Shown piece by piece: positions 1 through 12,718 of a stretch of 64,000 nt of DNA (position 1 is its first letter; each line of letters begins with the position of its first letter). A program made the position numbers and the translations under genes. Source of the stretch: Thermodesulfobacteriota bacterium (GTDB lineage Bacteria > Desulfobacterota_D > UBA1144 > Nemesobacterales > JAJCZQ01); assembly GCA_965215275.1 (NCBI GenBank), contig OZ244044.1, positions 224,001-288,000 on the forward strand, written 5' to 3'. Under the pieces are notes generated by a model. The model was not told where the DNA came from and made no database searches. It was given only the letters and a program-made list of their open reading frames with translations.

Positions 1-996
1 GAACACGTGAAAATAGGTCAGTTCTGACCCGCTGACCAAATTATAAGTGCTTTGGAAGCATTGTTCGCTTTCTCCAGGAAAGCCGACCATCACGTCAGTA
101 CCGATGGAGGCATCGGGGATCTTATCCCGTATGTAGTCCGTGCAGTTGATAAAATCCTGTGGCTTGTAGCGCCTTTTCATTTTTTTTAAAATACTTTCAT
201 CTCCACTCTGAAGTGATATATGAAAACTTGGACAGATTATCCTGGATTCCGCACAGAGGTCTATCACATCTTCGTTCATATCCGCAGGATCAAGTGAACT
301 CAGTCTTATTCTCTCAATGATGGCTTCCCTGCTCAATTCGTCCAGGAGCCTTAAAAGACTGGTTCCGATGTCCCTGCCGTAACTGGCAAGGTGAATACCC
401 GTCAGCACGACCTCTTTATATCCGTTGGATCTCAGGTTTCTGATCCTGTCCTTTATATCTTCTATGCTCAGGCTCCGGGACCTGCCCCTTGCTCTTGGAA
501 TGATACAGAAGGTGCAGGCATAGTTACATCCGTCCTGAACTTTTAAGAACGCTCTGGTCCTGTTGGGGAAATAATCTATATCCGGCGTGTCGAACTTTCT
601 ATTCTTCTCCTTGAATATGTCCGATACATATATTTTTGGGGTGCTTTGCGGAACCGCGTCTTTTATGATCTTTAAAAGAGACGATGCCTTGTGGGAGTTC
701 CCAATTATATAATCAACACCATCCACTTTATTGAGTTCTTCATGGGAAACCTGTGCATAACATCCGGTAACGACCACAACGGCGTCAGGGTTGGACCTTT
801 TTGCTCTGTATATATAGTTTCTTGCCTCTGAATCGGCTTTATGGGTTACCGTACAGGTATCTATTAAATAAATATCAGCAGGGTCGTTAAAATCACCATT
901 TCTCTGATACTTGCTTTTTGGAAGTTCATTTAAAAGAACGGCAGTATCGTACTGGTTTACCTTACATCCGAGAGTAACAACGGAAATTCTCTTCAT
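1..996 (-). CDS. mtaB: tRNA t6A37 methylthiotransferase MtaB (3' end outside window)
   Basis: Not in the ORF track. Hand translation from ATG 996 gives MKRISVVTLGCKVNQYD...TCTVT...GCYAQ and the radical-SAM motif QDGCNYACTFC; the frame is open to the window edge. Confidence 0.88.
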   Translation of the reverse strand, partial: MKRISVVTLGCKVNQYDTAVLLNELPKSKYQRNGDFNDPADIYLIDTCTVTHKADSEARNYIYRAKRSNPDAVVVVTGCYAQVSHEELNKVDGVDYIIGNSHKASSLLKIIKDAVPQSTPKIYVSDIFKEKNRKFDTPDIDYFPNRTRAFLKVQDGCNYACTFCIIPRARGRSRSLSIEDIKDRIRNLRSNGYKEVVLTGIHLASYGRDIGTSLLRLLDELSREAIIERIRLSSLDPADMNEDVIDLCAESRIICPSFHISLQSGDESILKKMKRRYKPQDFINCTDYIRDKIPDASIGTDVMVGFPGESEQCFQSTYNLVSGSELTYFHVF

Positions 997-999
997 ATC

Positions 1000-2070
1000 T
1001 TACAATGCCTCTTTGATCCAGCCACCGCCCAGTACTTTATTTTCCTGATAAAAGACCACCGCCTGACCTGGCGTTACCGCTTTCTGAGGGTTTTGAAACT
1101 TCACTGATGCTTTTCCTTTACGTACAGAGATCACTGCAGGTTCTTCATCATGTCTGTACCTTATCTTGGCTTTTACTTCGGTCTCTCCTTTTGGGGGTTT
1201 TGCAACCCACGACAGATCATCGGCGGTCAGAGAACTGCTGTACAGGTCGGATTCTTCACCTACGATAACCCTGTTGTTCTCCGCGTCGATCTTAACGATA
1301 TACATAGGCTTTCCATTTGCAAAGCCTAACCCTCTTCTTTGACCGACCGTATAAGAATAGATCCCGTTATGCTCCCCTACCGTTTTGCCTGCCGTATCGA
1401 CCATTTCGCCCTTCTCTTTTCCTCTTTTAAGATAAGGTTCCAGGAACTCTCTGTAACTTCCGCCGGTTATAAAACACACGCCCATACTTTCCGGCTTTTC
1501 AGCAACTTTCAGTCCCATTTTTCTTGCCAGCTTCCTGACCTCCGGCTTTGTTTTGTTTCCAAGGGGAAATCTGATCCTGCCAAGCTCTTTTTGTGTCAGA
1601 GTAAATAAAAAATACGACTGGTCCTTAAGTTTATCGGCACCTTTTTTCAGCTCGTATTCGCCACTTCTTTCATTCTGTTCAACAACTGCATAGTGACCCG
1701 TTGCCAGGAAATCCGCACCGAATTCCAGAGATCTTCTCAGTAAAAAATCAAACTTCATGAACTGATTGCATAAAATGCAGGGTATAGGAGTAAGCCCTTC
1801 TTCGTATTTATTTATAAAATCGCTTACAACGTGTTCTTTAAACGGTTCCATGTAGTTTGCAACGTAATGGGGAACGCCTGCTTCATATGCAACCCTTCTT
1901 GCATCACAGACCTCGTCAGCTGAGCAGCATCCACCTTCTGCCTCGCCGTAGTCCCAGAGCTGCATGGTCAATCCCACAACGTCATGACCCTGGTCTTTGA
2001 GCAAAGCCGCAACGGTCCCGCTGTCAACTCCCCCGCTCATTGCCACTACTATTCTCTCTTTTTTACCCAT
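1000..2070 (-). CDS. mnmA: tRNA 2-thiouridylase MnmA
   Basis: SGGVDS PP-loop, ATGHY, KDQSYFL, TPGQAVVFY. Confidence 0.97.
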   Translation of the reverse strand: MGKKERIVVAMSGGVDSGTVAALLKDQGHDVVGLTMQLWDYGEAEGGCCSADEVCDARRVAYEAGVPHYVANYMEPFKEHVVSDFINKYEEGLTPIPCILCNQFMKFDFLLRRSLEFGADFLATGHYAVVEQNERSGEYELKKGADKLKDQSYFLFTLTQKELGRIRFPLGNKTKPEVRKLARKMGLKVAEKPESMGVCFITGGSYREFLEPYLKRGKEKGEMVDTAGKTVGEHNGIYSYTVGQRRGLGFANGKPMYIVKIDAENNRVIVGEESDLYSSSLTADDLSWVAKPPKGETEVKAKIRYRHDEEPAVISVRKGKASVKFQNPQKAVTPGQAVVFYQENKVLGGGWIKEAL

Positions 2071-2148
2071 TTTTCTACCTGATAATACTGCCTATAAACT
2101 TAATTGATCTTTCTGATAAATAAAGAGTTTTAAACAGTTATAAATGGA

Positions 2149-2177
2149 CTGCAAAGATAACTCTTCACAGTTATAAT
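2149..2177 (+). promoter_or_regulatory. Putative sigma70 promoter of purL-purF (possibly leaderless)
   Basis: CTGCAA-17 nt-TATAAT, with the ATG 8 nt downstream and no SD. Confidence 0.5.
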
Positions 2178-2185
2178 ATCACCCT

Positions 2186-4405
2186 ATGGAAAAAAACTCC
2201 CATTTGAAATTCGCACTGGACCACGGATTGTCCGAGCAGGAGTATGGGATCATAGTGAGCACACTGGGTCGCCGACCCAACCATACTGAGATCGGGATAC
2301 TGGGTGCGATGTGGTCGGAGCACTGCTCGTATAAAAGCTCTAAAGTCCATCTGAGAAAACTTCCCACAACGGGAGATCAGGTAATACAGGGACCGGGAGA
2401 AAATGCCGGGGTCGTTGATCTTGGAGACGGACTGTGTGCAGTATTTAAAATGGAAAGCCATAACCATCCGTCCTATCTTGAACCATATCAGGGAGCTGCA
2501 ACTGGAGTAGGAGGGATAATCCGTGATATCTTTACAATGGGTGCAAGACCCGTGGCATTACTGGATTCATTGAGATTTGGCGACCTTGACCTGTATAAGA
2601 CGAAATACCTTGTCAATGGAGTGGTTTCCGGAATATCGGACTACGGGAACTGTATAGGTATACCAACAGTGGGAGGAGAGATATATTTTGACAGCTGCTA
2701 CAACGGCAATCCACTGGTCAATGTGTTCTGTCTGGGAATAGCAGAAAAGAACAGGATATTCAAGGGCTGTGCATCTGGTACTGGTAACCCGGTCATTTAC
2801 ATAGGATCAAAGACCGGAAGGGACGGGATACAAGGTGCGATCATGGCGTCTGATAACTTCTCCGACGGATCAGAACAAAAACGCCCAGCCGTTCAGGTTG
2901 GAGACCCTTTTACTGAAAAGCTCCTGCTTGAAGCGTGCCTGGAACTGTTTAAGACCGACTGTGTCGTTGGCATTCAGGATATGGGTGCCGCAGGGTTGAC
3001 CTCATCATCGGCCGAAATGGCAAGCAGAGGTAAAACGGGGATCGACATATGGATGGATAAAGTACCAAGACGCGAGGAGAACATGACGCCTTACGAGTTG
3101 ATGCTTTCTGAATCTCAGGAAAGGATGCTCGTGGTACTGAAGAAAAACAAGGAGCATATTGCAAAGTCCATATTTAAAAAATGGGAGCTGGATTTCTCCG
3201 TTATAGGCGTGGTCACGAATACAGAACGTTTAAGGTTATACGATGAAGATAAGCTCGTTGCCGACCTGCCTGTGGACTTAATTACGGACTCTGCCCCTGA
3301 ATACAACAGGGACATTAAAGCACCTGAGGGTAATAATGAGACCGCAGACCTGAAAAATATTGAAATTCCGGATATAAAGACGGCGTTTTTAAAGGTTCTG
3401 GGTCTTCCTACCGTTGCGAACAAAAGGTATGTATATGAACAGTATGACTATATGGTCGGAACTGACACCCTGTATGAACCTGTAAACGATTCAGCCGTGA
3501 TAAGGATCAAAGGTTCGGACAAAGCCGTCGCAATGACCCTGAACTGTAATTCCATATACTGCTATCTTTCTCCTGCTGAGGGTGCAAAGATCGCCGTTGC
3601 GGAATCGGCAAGGAACATTGCCTGCTCGGGAGCCAGACCCCTTGCGGTCACGGACTGCCTGAACTTCGGAAATCCTGAAAAACCTGAGATCATGTGGCAG
3701 TTCAGTGAGGCAGTAGAAGGGATCAGGGAGGCCTGTACAGAGCTGAACACCCCGGTCGTAAGCGGCAACGTGAGCTTCTACAATCAGACGGAGGATGAAC
3801 CCGTGTATCCGACCCCTACCATAGGCATGATAGGGGTTATAGATGATTACAGGAAAACGGTTACTCAGTGGTTCAGGAACGAAGGGGACGTGATCGTTCT
3901 GATGGGAGATACCTACCACGAGATGGAAGGTTCACAATATCAGAAGATCGTATATGGTAAAGTGTTTGGAAAACCACCAAAGATAGATCTGGTACGGGAA
4001 AAAAACCTGATCTCGGCCGTGACCGGGTCCATAGATGCAGGTATAATCAGTTCTGCACACGACGTGTCTGAAGGTGGACTGGCAGTTTCACTGGCAGAGT
4101 GCTGTTTTTCCCCGGAGGGACAGACCGGCTGCAAGGTCGACCTGCAGGACACGAACGGTCTAAGGTTGACGGATGAGTGTCTGCTTTTTTCCGAATCTCA
4201 GTCCAGGTGTATAGTATCGCTGAATAAAGTGAATATCGAAAAATTAATGGACATTGCCTCAAGGAACGATATTCCTGCCAGGCTGATAGGTATCGTTGGT
4301 GGTGACAATATAATTATTGAGGGTATTTTAACTCTGAACGTTCAACAGGTTCATAAAATATGGGATAATTCATTAGAGGCTAATATAAACGATGTCAATA
4401 CTTAA
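2186..4405 (+). CDS. purL: Phosphoribosylformylglycinamidine synthase subunit PurL
   Basis: [40 protein letters not shown]. Confidence 0.97.
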   Translation: MEKNSHLKFALDHGLSEQEYGIIVSTLGRRPNHTEIGILGAMWSEHCSYKSSKVHLRKLPTTGDQVIQGPGENAGVVDLGDGLCAVFKMESHNHPSYLEPYQGAATGVGGIIRDIFTMGARPVALLDSLRFGDLDLYKTKYLVNGVVSGISDYGNCIGIPTVGGEIYFDSCYNGNPLVNVFCLGIAEKNRIFKGCASGTGNPVIYIGSKTGRDGIQGAIMASDNFSDGSEQKRPAVQVGDPFTEKLLLEACLELFKTDCVVGIQDMGAAGLTSSSAEMASRGKTGIDIWMDKVPRREENMTPYELMLSESQERMLVVLKKNKEHIAKSIFKKWELDFSVIGVVTNTERLRLYDEDKLVADLPVDLITDSAPEYNRDIKAPEGNNETADLKNIEIPDIKTAFLKVLGLPTVANKRYVYEQYDYMVGTDTLYEPVNDSAVIRIKGSDKAVAMTLNCNSIYCYLSPAEGAKIAVAESARNIACSGARPLAVTDCLNFGNPEKPEIMWQFSEAVEGIREACTELNTPVVSGNVSFYNQTEDEPVYPTPTIGMIGVIDDYRKTVTQWFRNEGDVIVLMGDTYHEMEGSQYQKIVYGKVFGKPPKIDLVREKNLISAVTGSIDAGIISSAHDVSEGGLAVSLAECCFSPEGQTGCKVDLQDTNGLRLTDECLLFSESQSRCIVSLNKVNIEKLMDIASRNDIPARLIGIVGGDNIIIEGILTLNVQQVHKIWDNSLEANINDVNT

Positions 4406-5819
4406 AGAAGAATGCGGGATATTTGGCATTTTCGGCAACCCTGAAGCGGCAAATCTTACCTATCTGGGACTGTATTCATTACAGCACAGAGGCCAGGAAA
4501 GTGCGGGGATCGTAACTGCCGATGGATATAAACTGCACGTTCACAGAGCTATGGGACTTGTAACGGACGTATTTTCTGAAGGTGTTATAAACAAAAAGCT
4601 CAGCGGGAAAAGTGCAATTGGTCACGTCAGGTACTCTACTTCCGGATCAAGTGACAATAAAAATACCCAGCCGATAACCGTGGTCTATGAAAAAGGAGAA
4701 CTTGCGATATCTCACAACGGCAATCTCACTAACGCAAGAATGCTCAGGCAGGACCTTGAAAAGCAAGGGTCGATCTTTCAGTCCACTACGGATACGGAGG
4801 TTATAACGCATCTTATTGCCAAGTCCGAAGAGGAAGAGGTGGTCAATCGTATAATCTGTGCCTTAAATCAATGCAAAGGTGCGTATTCACTGCTGTTCCT
4901 TACCCATGATAAACTGCTTGCCGCAAGGGACCCGAGGGGGTTCAGACCCCTTGTACTCGGGAAGCTGAACAAAAACTACGTTATTTCATCAGAAACGTGT
5001 GCATTTGAGCTGATCGGGGCTGAGTACGTAAGGGAGGTGGAACCCGGTGAAATAATAGAGATCGATGAAAGCGGACTTACTTCCCACAAACCCTTTCCTA
5101 AAGTGGAACCTGCTCCATGTGTTTTTGAACTGATATACTTTGCACGACCCGACAGCTTTTTTAACGATAAGAACGTATACATGGTAAGAAAGGAACTTGG
5201 CAGGCAGCTGGCAATTGAGCATCCTGCCGATGCAGATATAGTCATTGCCGTCCCGGATTCAGGTATGCCTGCTGCGATCGGATTTGCCGAAAAACTCAAT
5301 ATTCCGATAGATATGGGATTTCTGAGAAGTCACTATGTCGGACGAACCTTTATTGAACCTCAGCAGTCAATAAGGGATTTTGGGGTAAAACTGAAACTTA
5401 ATGCAATAAAGGAAGTGATAAAGGACAAAAGGGTCGTAGTGGTCGATGATTCGATCGTACGAGGGACCACCAGCAGAAAGATCGTAAAGATGATAAAGGA
5501 CGCAGGTGCCACGGAGGTACATATGAGAATAAGTTCCCCTCCTATGAAGCATCCGTGTTATTATGGTATTGATACGCCTTTAAAGGACGACCTGATCGCA
5601 AATTCACTTACCATTGAAGAGACAAATCATTATATAACCTCTGATTCGCTTGGCTATCTGAGTATCGATGGAGTACAGAAAGCGGTTGACAACTATAACA
5701 GAAGCCAGAAAAAGGGATCTTACTGTAAAGCCTGCTTTACGGGTGAATACTTAGCGGAACTGACCGATATTAAAATGAACCTGGACCAGCTCGACCTGTT
5801 TTCCAAGCGGGTCGGTTAA
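4392..5819 (+). CDS. purF: Amidophosphoribosyltransferase
   Basis: [28 protein letters not shown], Fe-S Cys motif CKAC. Confidence 0.97.
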   Translation: MSILKEECGIFGIFGNPEAANLTYLGLYSLQHRGQESAGIVTADGYKLHVHRAMGLVTDVFSEGVINKKLSGKSAIGHVRYSTSGSSDNKNTQPITVVYEKGELAISHNGNLTNARMLRQDLEKQGSIFQSTTDTEVITHLIAKSEEEEVVNRIICALNQCKGAYSLLFLTHDKLLAARDPRGFRPLVLGKLNKNYVISSETCAFELIGAEYVREVEPGEIIEIDESGLTSHKPFPKVEPAPCVFELIYFARPDSFFNDKNVYMVRKELGRQLAIEHPADADIVIAVPDSGMPAAIGFAEKLNIPIDMGFLRSHYVGRTFIEPQQSIRDFGVKLKLNAIKEVIKDKRVVVVDDSIVRGTTSRKIVKMIKDAGATEVHMRISSPPMKHPCYYGIDTPLKDDLIANSLTIEETNHYITSDSLGYLSIDGVQKAVDNYNRSQKKGSYCKACFTGEYLAELTDIKMNLDQLDLFSKRVG

Positions 5820-8497
5820 TTGATCTTTTCAAGGTTTTCCAGGGCACTTTCGATCTTATAGATCTGAAAAGCATATTCATCTACCTTGTTCTTTTCCTTT
5901 TCTATAACGTCTTCAGGAGCTTTTTTTAAAAACTCCCCGTTCTTCAGTTTTTTAGATGCCTTGTCAATGCTGACGTTCAGCTTTTCCAAGCTCTTTCTAA
6001 GCCTCTTTATCTCTTCCTCTACGTCTATTGAACCATCAACGGAGAGATATATCTCCGTGCCAGGTATAACTGCCCTGATCATTCTTTTTACTTCTTCATC
6101 AGCTTTTATGAACTTATGATCGCTCACTTTGGCCTGACTGCAGATAACCTCGGCGTTGAGGCTTATTATCTCTTTTATACTATCGTTACCGGGATGGAAC
6201 TTTATCGTTACCTGACTGGAGGGATGCAGACCTGTATTAGCTCTCATGTTCCTTATACACACGACTATGTCCTTTACGTACTCGATCTCTTCATGCTCCT
6301 TTTCAAAGACGTACTTATCCGAGTATTCAGGGTAGCTGTCAAGCAGAACGCTGTCTTTGCCGGTTGGGGTTATATTATAGCTTTTTAATATCTGATACAG
6401 CTCTTCTGTAACAAATGGAGAGATCGGATGAAGCAGCTTGATGGAATCGTACAGGACCTTTAACAGTACCGCCTGGGTATTTTCCTTTTTTTCCGGATCA
6501 TCACCATAGAGATACTGTTTGGAGAACTCAATATACCAGTCACAGTAGTCGTTCCATATAAAATGATAGATCGTATGAGCGACCTTGTCGTACTCATGAC
6601 CTGAATAATACGATCGAACTTCTTTCACGGCACCGTTAAGTCTGGACAAGATCCATTTATCTGTGGTCTTAAGTAAGGCCGGGTCTACGTTGATATCGTA
6701 TGACCGCTTAACATCAAGGTTCAGCGTTACAAATCTGAAGGCGTTCCATATCTTGTTCATAAAGTTCCTGTACCCTTCTATAACTGGAAGCGCGAGATTT
6801 ATATCGTTACCCTGTGAAGCCAGGGCAGTAAGGCTGAACCTGATGGAATCCGCACCGTACTTGTCTATCACCTGCAGGGGATCTATTGCGTTGCCTTTGG
6901 TCTTGCTCATCTTTTGTCCGGTCTCATCTCTAATCAGTCCATGGATGTACACGTCCCTGAAGGGGACCTTCTTCGTGAACTTCAGACCCATCATTATCAT
7001 TCTTGCCACCCAGAAGAATATGATGTCGAATCCCGTTACCAGACATGAAGTCGGGTAGTATTTTTTAAGGTCGTCCGTGCTTTCCGGCCATCCCAGCGTT
7101 GAGAACGGCCATAATCCGGAAGAAAACCACGTGTCCAGAACGTCTTCGTCCCTTTCCAGTTCAACTTTTTTACCGTAGTGAACTCTGGCTGATGCCACCG
7201 CCTCCTCTTCAGTACGTTCCACGAATATCTTTCCATCAGGTCCATACCACGCGGGTATCCTGTGTCCCCACCATAACTGTCTTGATATGCACCATGGTTC
7301 GATATTTCTCATCCATTCAAAGTAGGTATTCTCCCAGTATTTGGGATAGAACCTTATCTCGTTGTTCTCAACTGCTTTAATGGCACGTGAGGCCATTTCC
7401 TTGGTATCCACGTACCACTGATCGGTAAGCCAGGGTTCTATCGCAACTTCTGACCTGTCTCCGTACGGAACTGTATGAACTGTATTTTCAACTTTAGCTA
7501 TTAATTGTAACTTATTTAAATCCTTTACTATTTCTTCTCTGGCTTTATATCTGCTCAATCCGATGTATTTAGCAGGAACGTTACTGTTCAATCTTGCTTC
7601 GTGATCAAGGATATTTATCATCTCCAGATCGTGCCTTTTACCCACTTCAAAGTCGTTAAAGTCATGAGCCGGAGTGATCTTAACGGCCCCACTGCCCTTT
7701 TTCGGGTCACTGTACTCGTCTGCAATTATCGGGATCTTTCTGTTGACGATGGGCAGTATCGCCTGTTTTCCTACCAGGTCCTTGTATCTTTCGTCATCTG
7801 GATGCACGGCTACAGCGGTGTCTCCGAGCATGGTCTCAGGTCTTGTGGTGGCTACAGTCAAATAACGGTCTTTCTCACCTTCCAGAGGGTATTTTATGTA
7901 CCAGTAACTCCCCTTCTCTTCCAGTTGCTGAACTTCCAGGTCGGATATTGCCGTGCATAACTTCGGGTCCCAGTTTACAAGCCTTTTATCCTTGTAGATA
8001 AGTCCTTCATTATACAGGTCGACGAAAGCTTTTATCACTGAACCGGACAGTCCTGCGTCAAGGGTAAACCTTTCCCTGTTCCAATCGGGTAATGCACCGA
8101 GTTTTTTCAGCTGATTTATTATCTGTCCGCCGGAATTTTCCTTCCATTGCCATACTTTTTCTACAAATCGCTCACGACCTAAAGACCTTCTGTCTGTTTT
8201 TTCCTTACCTAACTCCCTTTCCACCACCATTTGCGTGGCAATTCCCGCGTGGTCCATGCCCGGAACCCAGAGAACGTCAAATCCAGACATTCTCTTGTAT
8301 CTGACGATCATATCCTGAAGAGTATTGTTAAGTGCGTGTCCTATATGAAGTGAACCGGTTATGTTCGGGGGAGGGATTACTATGGAAAAAGGCTCTTTAT
8401 CGCCCTGGGGATCGGATCTGTAATACCCATTGTCCATCCACAGGCTATAGTTCTTATCCTCTATTGCTGCAGGATCATAGCTTTTTTCCATTTCCAT
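5816..8497 (-). CDS. valS: Valine--tRNA ligase
   Basis: PPPNITGSLHIGH, WCISRQLWWGH, KMSK, C-terminal coiled coil. Confidence 0.97.
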   Translation of the reverse strand: MEMEKSYDPAAIEDKNYSLWMDNGYYRSDPQGDKEPFSIVIPPPNITGSLHIGHALNNTLQDMIVRYKRMSGFDVLWVPGMDHAGIATQMVVERELGKEKTDRRSLGRERFVEKVWQWKENSGGQIINQLKKLGALPDWNRERFTLDAGLSGSVIKAFVDLYNEGLIYKDKRLVNWDPKLCTAISDLEVQQLEEKGSYWYIKYPLEGEKDRYLTVATTRPETMLGDTAVAVHPDDERYKDLVGKQAILPIVNRKIPIIADEYSDPKKGSGAVKITPAHDFNDFEVGKRHDLEMINILDHEARLNSNVPAKYIGLSRYKAREEIVKDLNKLQLIAKVENTVHTVPYGDRSEVAIEPWLTDQWYVDTKEMASRAIKAVENNEIRFYPKYWENTYFEWMRNIEPWCISRQLWWGHRIPAWYGPDGKIFVERTEEEAVASARVHYGKKVELERDEDVLDTWFSSGLWPFSTLGWPESTDDLKKYYPTSCLVTGFDIIFFWVARMIMMGLKFTKKVPFRDVYIHGLIRDETGQKMSKTKGNAIDPLQVIDKYGADSIRFSLTALASQGNDINLALPVIEGYRNFMNKIWNAFRFVTLNLDVKRSYDINVDPALLKTTDKWILSRLNGAVKEVRSYYSGHEYDKVAHTIYHFIWNDYCDWYIEFSKQYLYGDDPEKKENTQAVLLKVLYDSIKLLHPISPFVTEELYQILKSYNITPTGKDSVLLDSYPEYSDKYVFEKEHEEIEYVKDIVVCIRNMRANTGLHPSSQVTIKFHPGNDSIKEIISLNAEVICSQAKVSDHKFIKADEEVKRMIRAVIPGTEIYLSVDGSIDVEEEIKRLRKSLEKLNVSIDKASKKLKNGEFLKKAPEDVIEKEKNKVDEYAFQIYKIESALENLEKIN

Positions 8498-8554
8498 TTC
8501 TGGATATCGCTATCCCGTTATATCCACATATCTGCTGATACGGGAATATAACGA

Positions 8555-11500
8555 TCAGTCAGGTCGTTCCGTTAGTTCCTCAGTCTCTTCAACGGTTGAG
8601 GTCGGTACCATTATTGCATCAAGATTGGTCTGGACCGAAATGTTCCTGTACATCGGTAAGCCGGTTCCAGCAGGAATAAGTCTGCCCATTATAACGTTTT
8701 CCTTGAGTCCTCTAAGCTTATCTTCCTTACCTTCACAGGCGGCTTCAGTAAGGACCCTGGTGGTTTCCTGAAAGGATGAAGCAGAAAGCCAGCTGTCCGT
8801 GCTTAAAGATGCTCTTGTTATACCAAGCAGCAGAGGTTCCGCGGATGCCGGAGTACCGTTATCAGCTATTACTCTCTCGTTCTCTTCAAAGAAAACATGC
8901 TTCTCGACCGCTTCGCCCACCAGCAAAGTTGTATCGCCCGGGTTTCTGACCCTTACGCGTCTGAGCATCTGTTTAACTATGACCTCCACGTGTTTATCGT
9001 TCAGTTTTACACCTTGAAGCCTGTATACGTCCTGGATCTCGTCCACGAGGTATCTTGCCAGTTCTTTCTCACCCTTGATGGTTAAAATATCGTGTGGGTT
9101 AATGGACCCGTCTACGAGCTGGTCCCCTGCTTTAACGGTCTCACCTTCCCTCATGAGTATGTGTTTATGTCTGGGAACCGCATACACTTTAGGTTCGCCA
9201 AGGTCAGGGGTTATAATAACGCGTCTTTTTCCTTTAACGTCCTCATAGGAAACCACTCCGTCTATTTCACTGACAACTGCAGGACCCTTTGGGATCCTTG
9301 CCTCGAACAGTTCCGCCACACGAGGTAATCCACCAGTTATATCTTTTGTTTTTGAAGTTGCCCCAAGTATTTTTGCTATAACGTCACCGGCCTTGATGCG
9401 GACACCTTCTTTTTTCATTTTATCATCTTTCATCACTACTTTCTCATCAATAATCGCTCCCACGGGAAGTGAGTATTGAACGCCCTGTGAGTATTGATCT
9501 TTCTTTTGAGAGCTTTTTTTAGTGGAAGTATCGTCAGGATAAACTATTAAAGTGGGATGGAGGGCCGTGTTCTTTGATTCACCAACTACCTTGTTGACTA
9601 TACCGGTAGCTTCATCGACCTGATCCACAAGGGTTCCTAAGTCCTCATGCAGATCCTTATATTCAACTTTTCCTGATACTTCTGCAATGAAAGGAGTTGT
9701 ATAGGGGTCCCATTCCGCAAGTAACGTTTTTTCCTTGACCTTACTGCCGTCTTCAACGTTAAGCTTTGCACCAAGGGAAAGTGGATACCTTTCACGTTCA
9801 TAGCCTTTCTTGTCAAAGACCGTTAAAGACCCTGTGCGATTGATCACGACCAGGTGATCATCTCTGTTCCTTACCGTTTTAACATTGTCGAATTTAATGG
9901 TCCCGGCGTGCTGGTTCTCTATTTTGCTTTCTGCAGTTCTCGCGCTTGCAGCACCTCCGATATGGAAAGTCCTCATTGTGAGCTGAGTACCCGGTTCACC
10001 AATTGACTGTGCTGCCACTATACCAACTGCTTCACCGATATTGACCAGTTTGCCCGTGGACAGGTTCCTGCCGTAGCATAGCCTGCATACGCCGATCTTT
10101 GTTTCACACGTCAGTACTGACCTTACCTTGATCTCTATTATGCTTCCTATTTCATCGATCTTATTTGCTGCTTCTTCATCTATTTCTTCGTTTTCCCTTA
10201 CTATGATCTCACCATCTATCGGGTTTCTGATCTCTTCGAGCACGACCCTCCCCAGAACTCTCTGCCCTACCCTTTCAATGACCTTACCACTGTCGACCAG
10301 ATCATGTACGTGTATACCCTCTGATGTCCCGCAGTCGTATTCATTTATCATAACGTCCTGTGCAACGTCTATTAATCTGCGGGTCAGGTAACCTGCATTG
10401 GCGGTTTTAAGAGCGGTATCCGCAAGCCCTTTTCTTGCACCGTGAGTGGATATGAAGTACTGCAGTACCGTTAACCCTTCTCTGAAATTGGACGTAATGG
10501 GGGTTTCGATTATCTCTCCCGATGGTTTTGCCATAAGCCCTCTCATACCGGCAAGCTGTCTGACCTGGGTCTGACTGCCACGTGCACCGGAATCGATCAT
10601 CATATATATGGGGTTGGAGCTTGAGCCCTTATTGATATTTCCCTTATCGTCCTTAACTTCCTCGTATGAGATCTTGTCCATCATCTTGTTTGCAATATCG
10701 TTGCTGGTCCTTGTCCATATATCTATTACTTTATTGTACCGTTCTCCGTCCGTGATTAATCCATCATAGTAATGTTCCTGTACTTTCTCTACTTCTTTGT
10801 GTGCATCTGAAAGCATTTCTTCTTTGAGTTCCGGGATCTCTATATCATGAATGGATATGGAAATGCCGGCTTTTGTCGAATACTTGAATCCGAGGGTCCT
10901 GAGCCTGTCGGTAAGGAGCACCGTTTCTTTTCCACCGGTCATCCTGAAGCAGGTATCAACGAGTTCTTCTGTGGCATGTTTTGTCATTACACGATTAACG
11001 AGCTCAAAAGGTATATTGTCCGGCGTTACCTCGTATAGGAGCACTCTGCCGACCGTTGTATCGTACAGTTTATCCTTGATCCTGATCTTGATCTTTGCGT
11101 GAATTCCGACCTCTCCCAGTTCATAGGCTATGGAAAGCTCTTCGATACTGGAAAAGACCTTGCCATGACCTTTATCATAGGCGGCGTCCCGTGTCATATA
11201 ATATATCCCGAGCACGATATCCTGCGTGGGTAAAACTATTGGTTTACCTGAAGCGGATGAAAGGATGTTGTTGCTTGACATTATAAGCGATCTGCACTCC
11301 GTCTGTGCTTCAACCGAAAGAGGTACATGCACTGCCATCTGGTCACCGTCAAAATCAGCGTTATACGCCGGACATACCAGTGGATGGACCTGGATCGCCT
11401 TATCTTCTATAAGTATCGGTTCAAATGCCTGTATGCTCAGCCGGTGAAGGGTTGGAGCACGGTTCAGCAGCACGGGATGTTCTTTAATGACCTCATCCAG

Positions 11501-12718
11501 TGCGTCCCAGACTTTCGGGTCTTCCTGCTCAACGAGTTTCTTTGCTATTTTAATGGTTAACGCGTAGCCCCATTCCTCGAGTTTCTGATAGATAAATGGC
11601 TTGAACAGTTCAAGTGCCATCTGCTTCGGCAATCCGCACTGATGGAGTTTCAGTTCCGGACCGACCGTGATCACGGACCTTCCAGAGTAATCCACCCTCT
11701 TACCTAATAGGTTCTGTCTGAACCTTCCCTGTTTTCCTTTTATTATATCGCTAAGGCTTTTTAAAGGTCTGCGGTTGTGTCCAAGTACGGGTCTGCCTCG
11801 TCTGCCGTTCTCAAGGAGTGCATCCACTGATTCCTGAAGCATTCTCTTTTCATTTCTTACGATAATGTCAGGTGCTCCTAGTTCCGTCAGTTTTTTCAGT
11901 CTGTTGTTCCTGTTTATGACCCTTCTGTACAGGTCGTTCAGGTCGGAGGTTGCAAACCTGCCTCCGTCCAGTGGTACCAGTGGTCTGAGGTCCGGCGGCA
12001 GAACGGGGATCATTGTTAAGATCATCCACTCCGGCTTGTTCTTTGACTTTCTGAACGCGTCACATACCCTCAGCCTTTTTGCTATCCTTGCTCTTTTGAT
12101 CAGATCTTTCGTTCTCTTGATCTCGTCTTTCAGATCCTCGGACAGGGCGAGCATATCCCTGTTCTTAAGCATTTCCCTGATGGTTTCAGCACCCATGCCG
12201 ACTTTGAAAGTCTGACCGAATTCGTCAAGCAGCTGTCTGTATTCTTCTTCGTTTATGACCTCGCCGTACTTTAATTTCGTAGGACCGGGGTCGTAAACGA
12301 CGTAAGCCTCAAAATACAAGGTCTTCTCAAGGTCTTTCAGGGTCATGCCCAGAAGCATGCGGATGATCTTCAAAAACCATATATGAACGGTCGGTGATAC
12401 GAGTTTAATATGGGCCATTCTTTCGCGTCTGACCTTTGAGGATATGACTTCAACCCCGCATTTTTCACACGTTATACCTCTGTGCTTTAACCTCTTGTAC
12501 TTTCCGCAGGTGCATTCGTAGTCTTTGACCGGCCCGAATATCTTGGCACAGAACAAACCGTTCCTCTCTGGTTTGAAAGTTCTGTAATTGATGGTTTCCG
12601 GTTTGGCTATCTCACCCCAAGACCACTCTTTTATCTTTTCTGGTGAAGCAATGGATATCTTTACCGTCGAATAATCGGATGGGTTCTTCGGTTTTTCAAA
12701 AAGGGTATCTATTTCCAC
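8555..12718 (-). CDS. rpoC: RNA polymerase beta' subunit
   Basis: Zn finger, NADFDGD, trigger loop [13 protein letters not shown]. Confidence 0.99.
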   Translation of the reverse strand: MEIDTLFEKPKNPSDYSTVKISIASPEKIKEWSWGEIAKPETINYRTFKPERNGLFCAKIFGPVKDYECTCGKYKRLKHRGITCEKCGVEVISSKVRRERMAHIKLVSPTVHIWFLKIIRMLLGMTLKDLEKTLYFEAYVVYDPGPTKLKYGEVINEEEYRQLLDEFGQTFKVGMGAETIREMLKNRDMLALSEDLKDEIKRTKDLIKRARIAKRLRVCDAFRKSKNKPEWMILTMIPVLPPDLRPLVPLDGGRFATSDLNDLYRRVINRNNRLKKLTELGAPDIIVRNEKRMLQESVDALLENGRRGRPVLGHNRRPLKSLSDIIKGKQGRFRQNLLGKRVDYSGRSVITVGPELKLHQCGLPKQMALELFKPFIYQKLEEWGYALTIKIAKKLVEQEDPKVWDALDEVIKEHPVLLNRAPTLHRLSIQAFEPILIEDKAIQVHPLVCPAYNADFDGDQMAVHVPLSVEAQTECRSLIMSSNNILSSASGKPIVLPTQDIVLGIYYMTRDAAYDKGHGKVFSSIEELSIAYELGEVGIHAKIKIRIKDKLYDTTVGRVLLYEVTPDNIPFELVNRVMTKHATEELVDTCFRMTGGKETVLLTDRLRTLGFKYSTKAGISISIHDIEIPELKEEMLSDAHKEVEKVQEHYYDGLITDGERYNKVIDIWTRTSNDIANKMMDKISYEEVKDDKGNINKGSSSNPIYMMIDSGARGSQTQVRQLAGMRGLMAKPSGEIIETPITSNFREGLTVLQYFISTHGARKGLADTALKTANAGYLTRRLIDVAQDVMINEYDCGTSEGIHVHDLVDSGKVIERVGQRVLGRVVLEEIRNPIDGEIIVRENEEIDEEAANKIDEIGSIIEIKVRSVLTCETKIGVCRLCYGRNLSTGKLVNIGEAVGIVAAQSIGEPGTQLTMRTFHIGGAASARTAESKIENQHAGTIKFDNVKTVRNRDDHLVVINRTGSLTVFDKKGYERERYPLSLGAKLNVEDGSKVKEKTLLAEWDPYTTPFIAEVSGKVEYKDLHEDLGTLVDQVDEATGIVNKVVGESKNTALHPTLIVYPDDTSTKKSSQKKDQYSQGVQYSLPVGAIIDEKVVMKDDKMKKEGVRIKAGDVIAKILGATSKTKDITGGLPRVAELFEARIPKGPAVVSEIDGVVSYEDVKGKRRVIITPDLGEPKVYAVPRHKHILMREGETVKAGDQLVDGSINPHDILTIKGEKELARYLVDEIQDVYRLQGVKLNDKHVEVIVKQMLRRVRVRNPGDTTLLVGEAVEKHVFFEENERVIADNGTPASAEPLLLGITRASLSTDSWLSASSFQETTRVLTEAACEGKEDKLRGLKENVIMGRLIPAGTGLPMYRNISVQTNLDAIMVPTSTVEETEELTERPD

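Noticed and set aside
8504..8554. Imperfect inverted repeat between rpoC and valS
   Set aside because: Several mismatches, a large loop and no U-tract; cannot call a terminator or T-box
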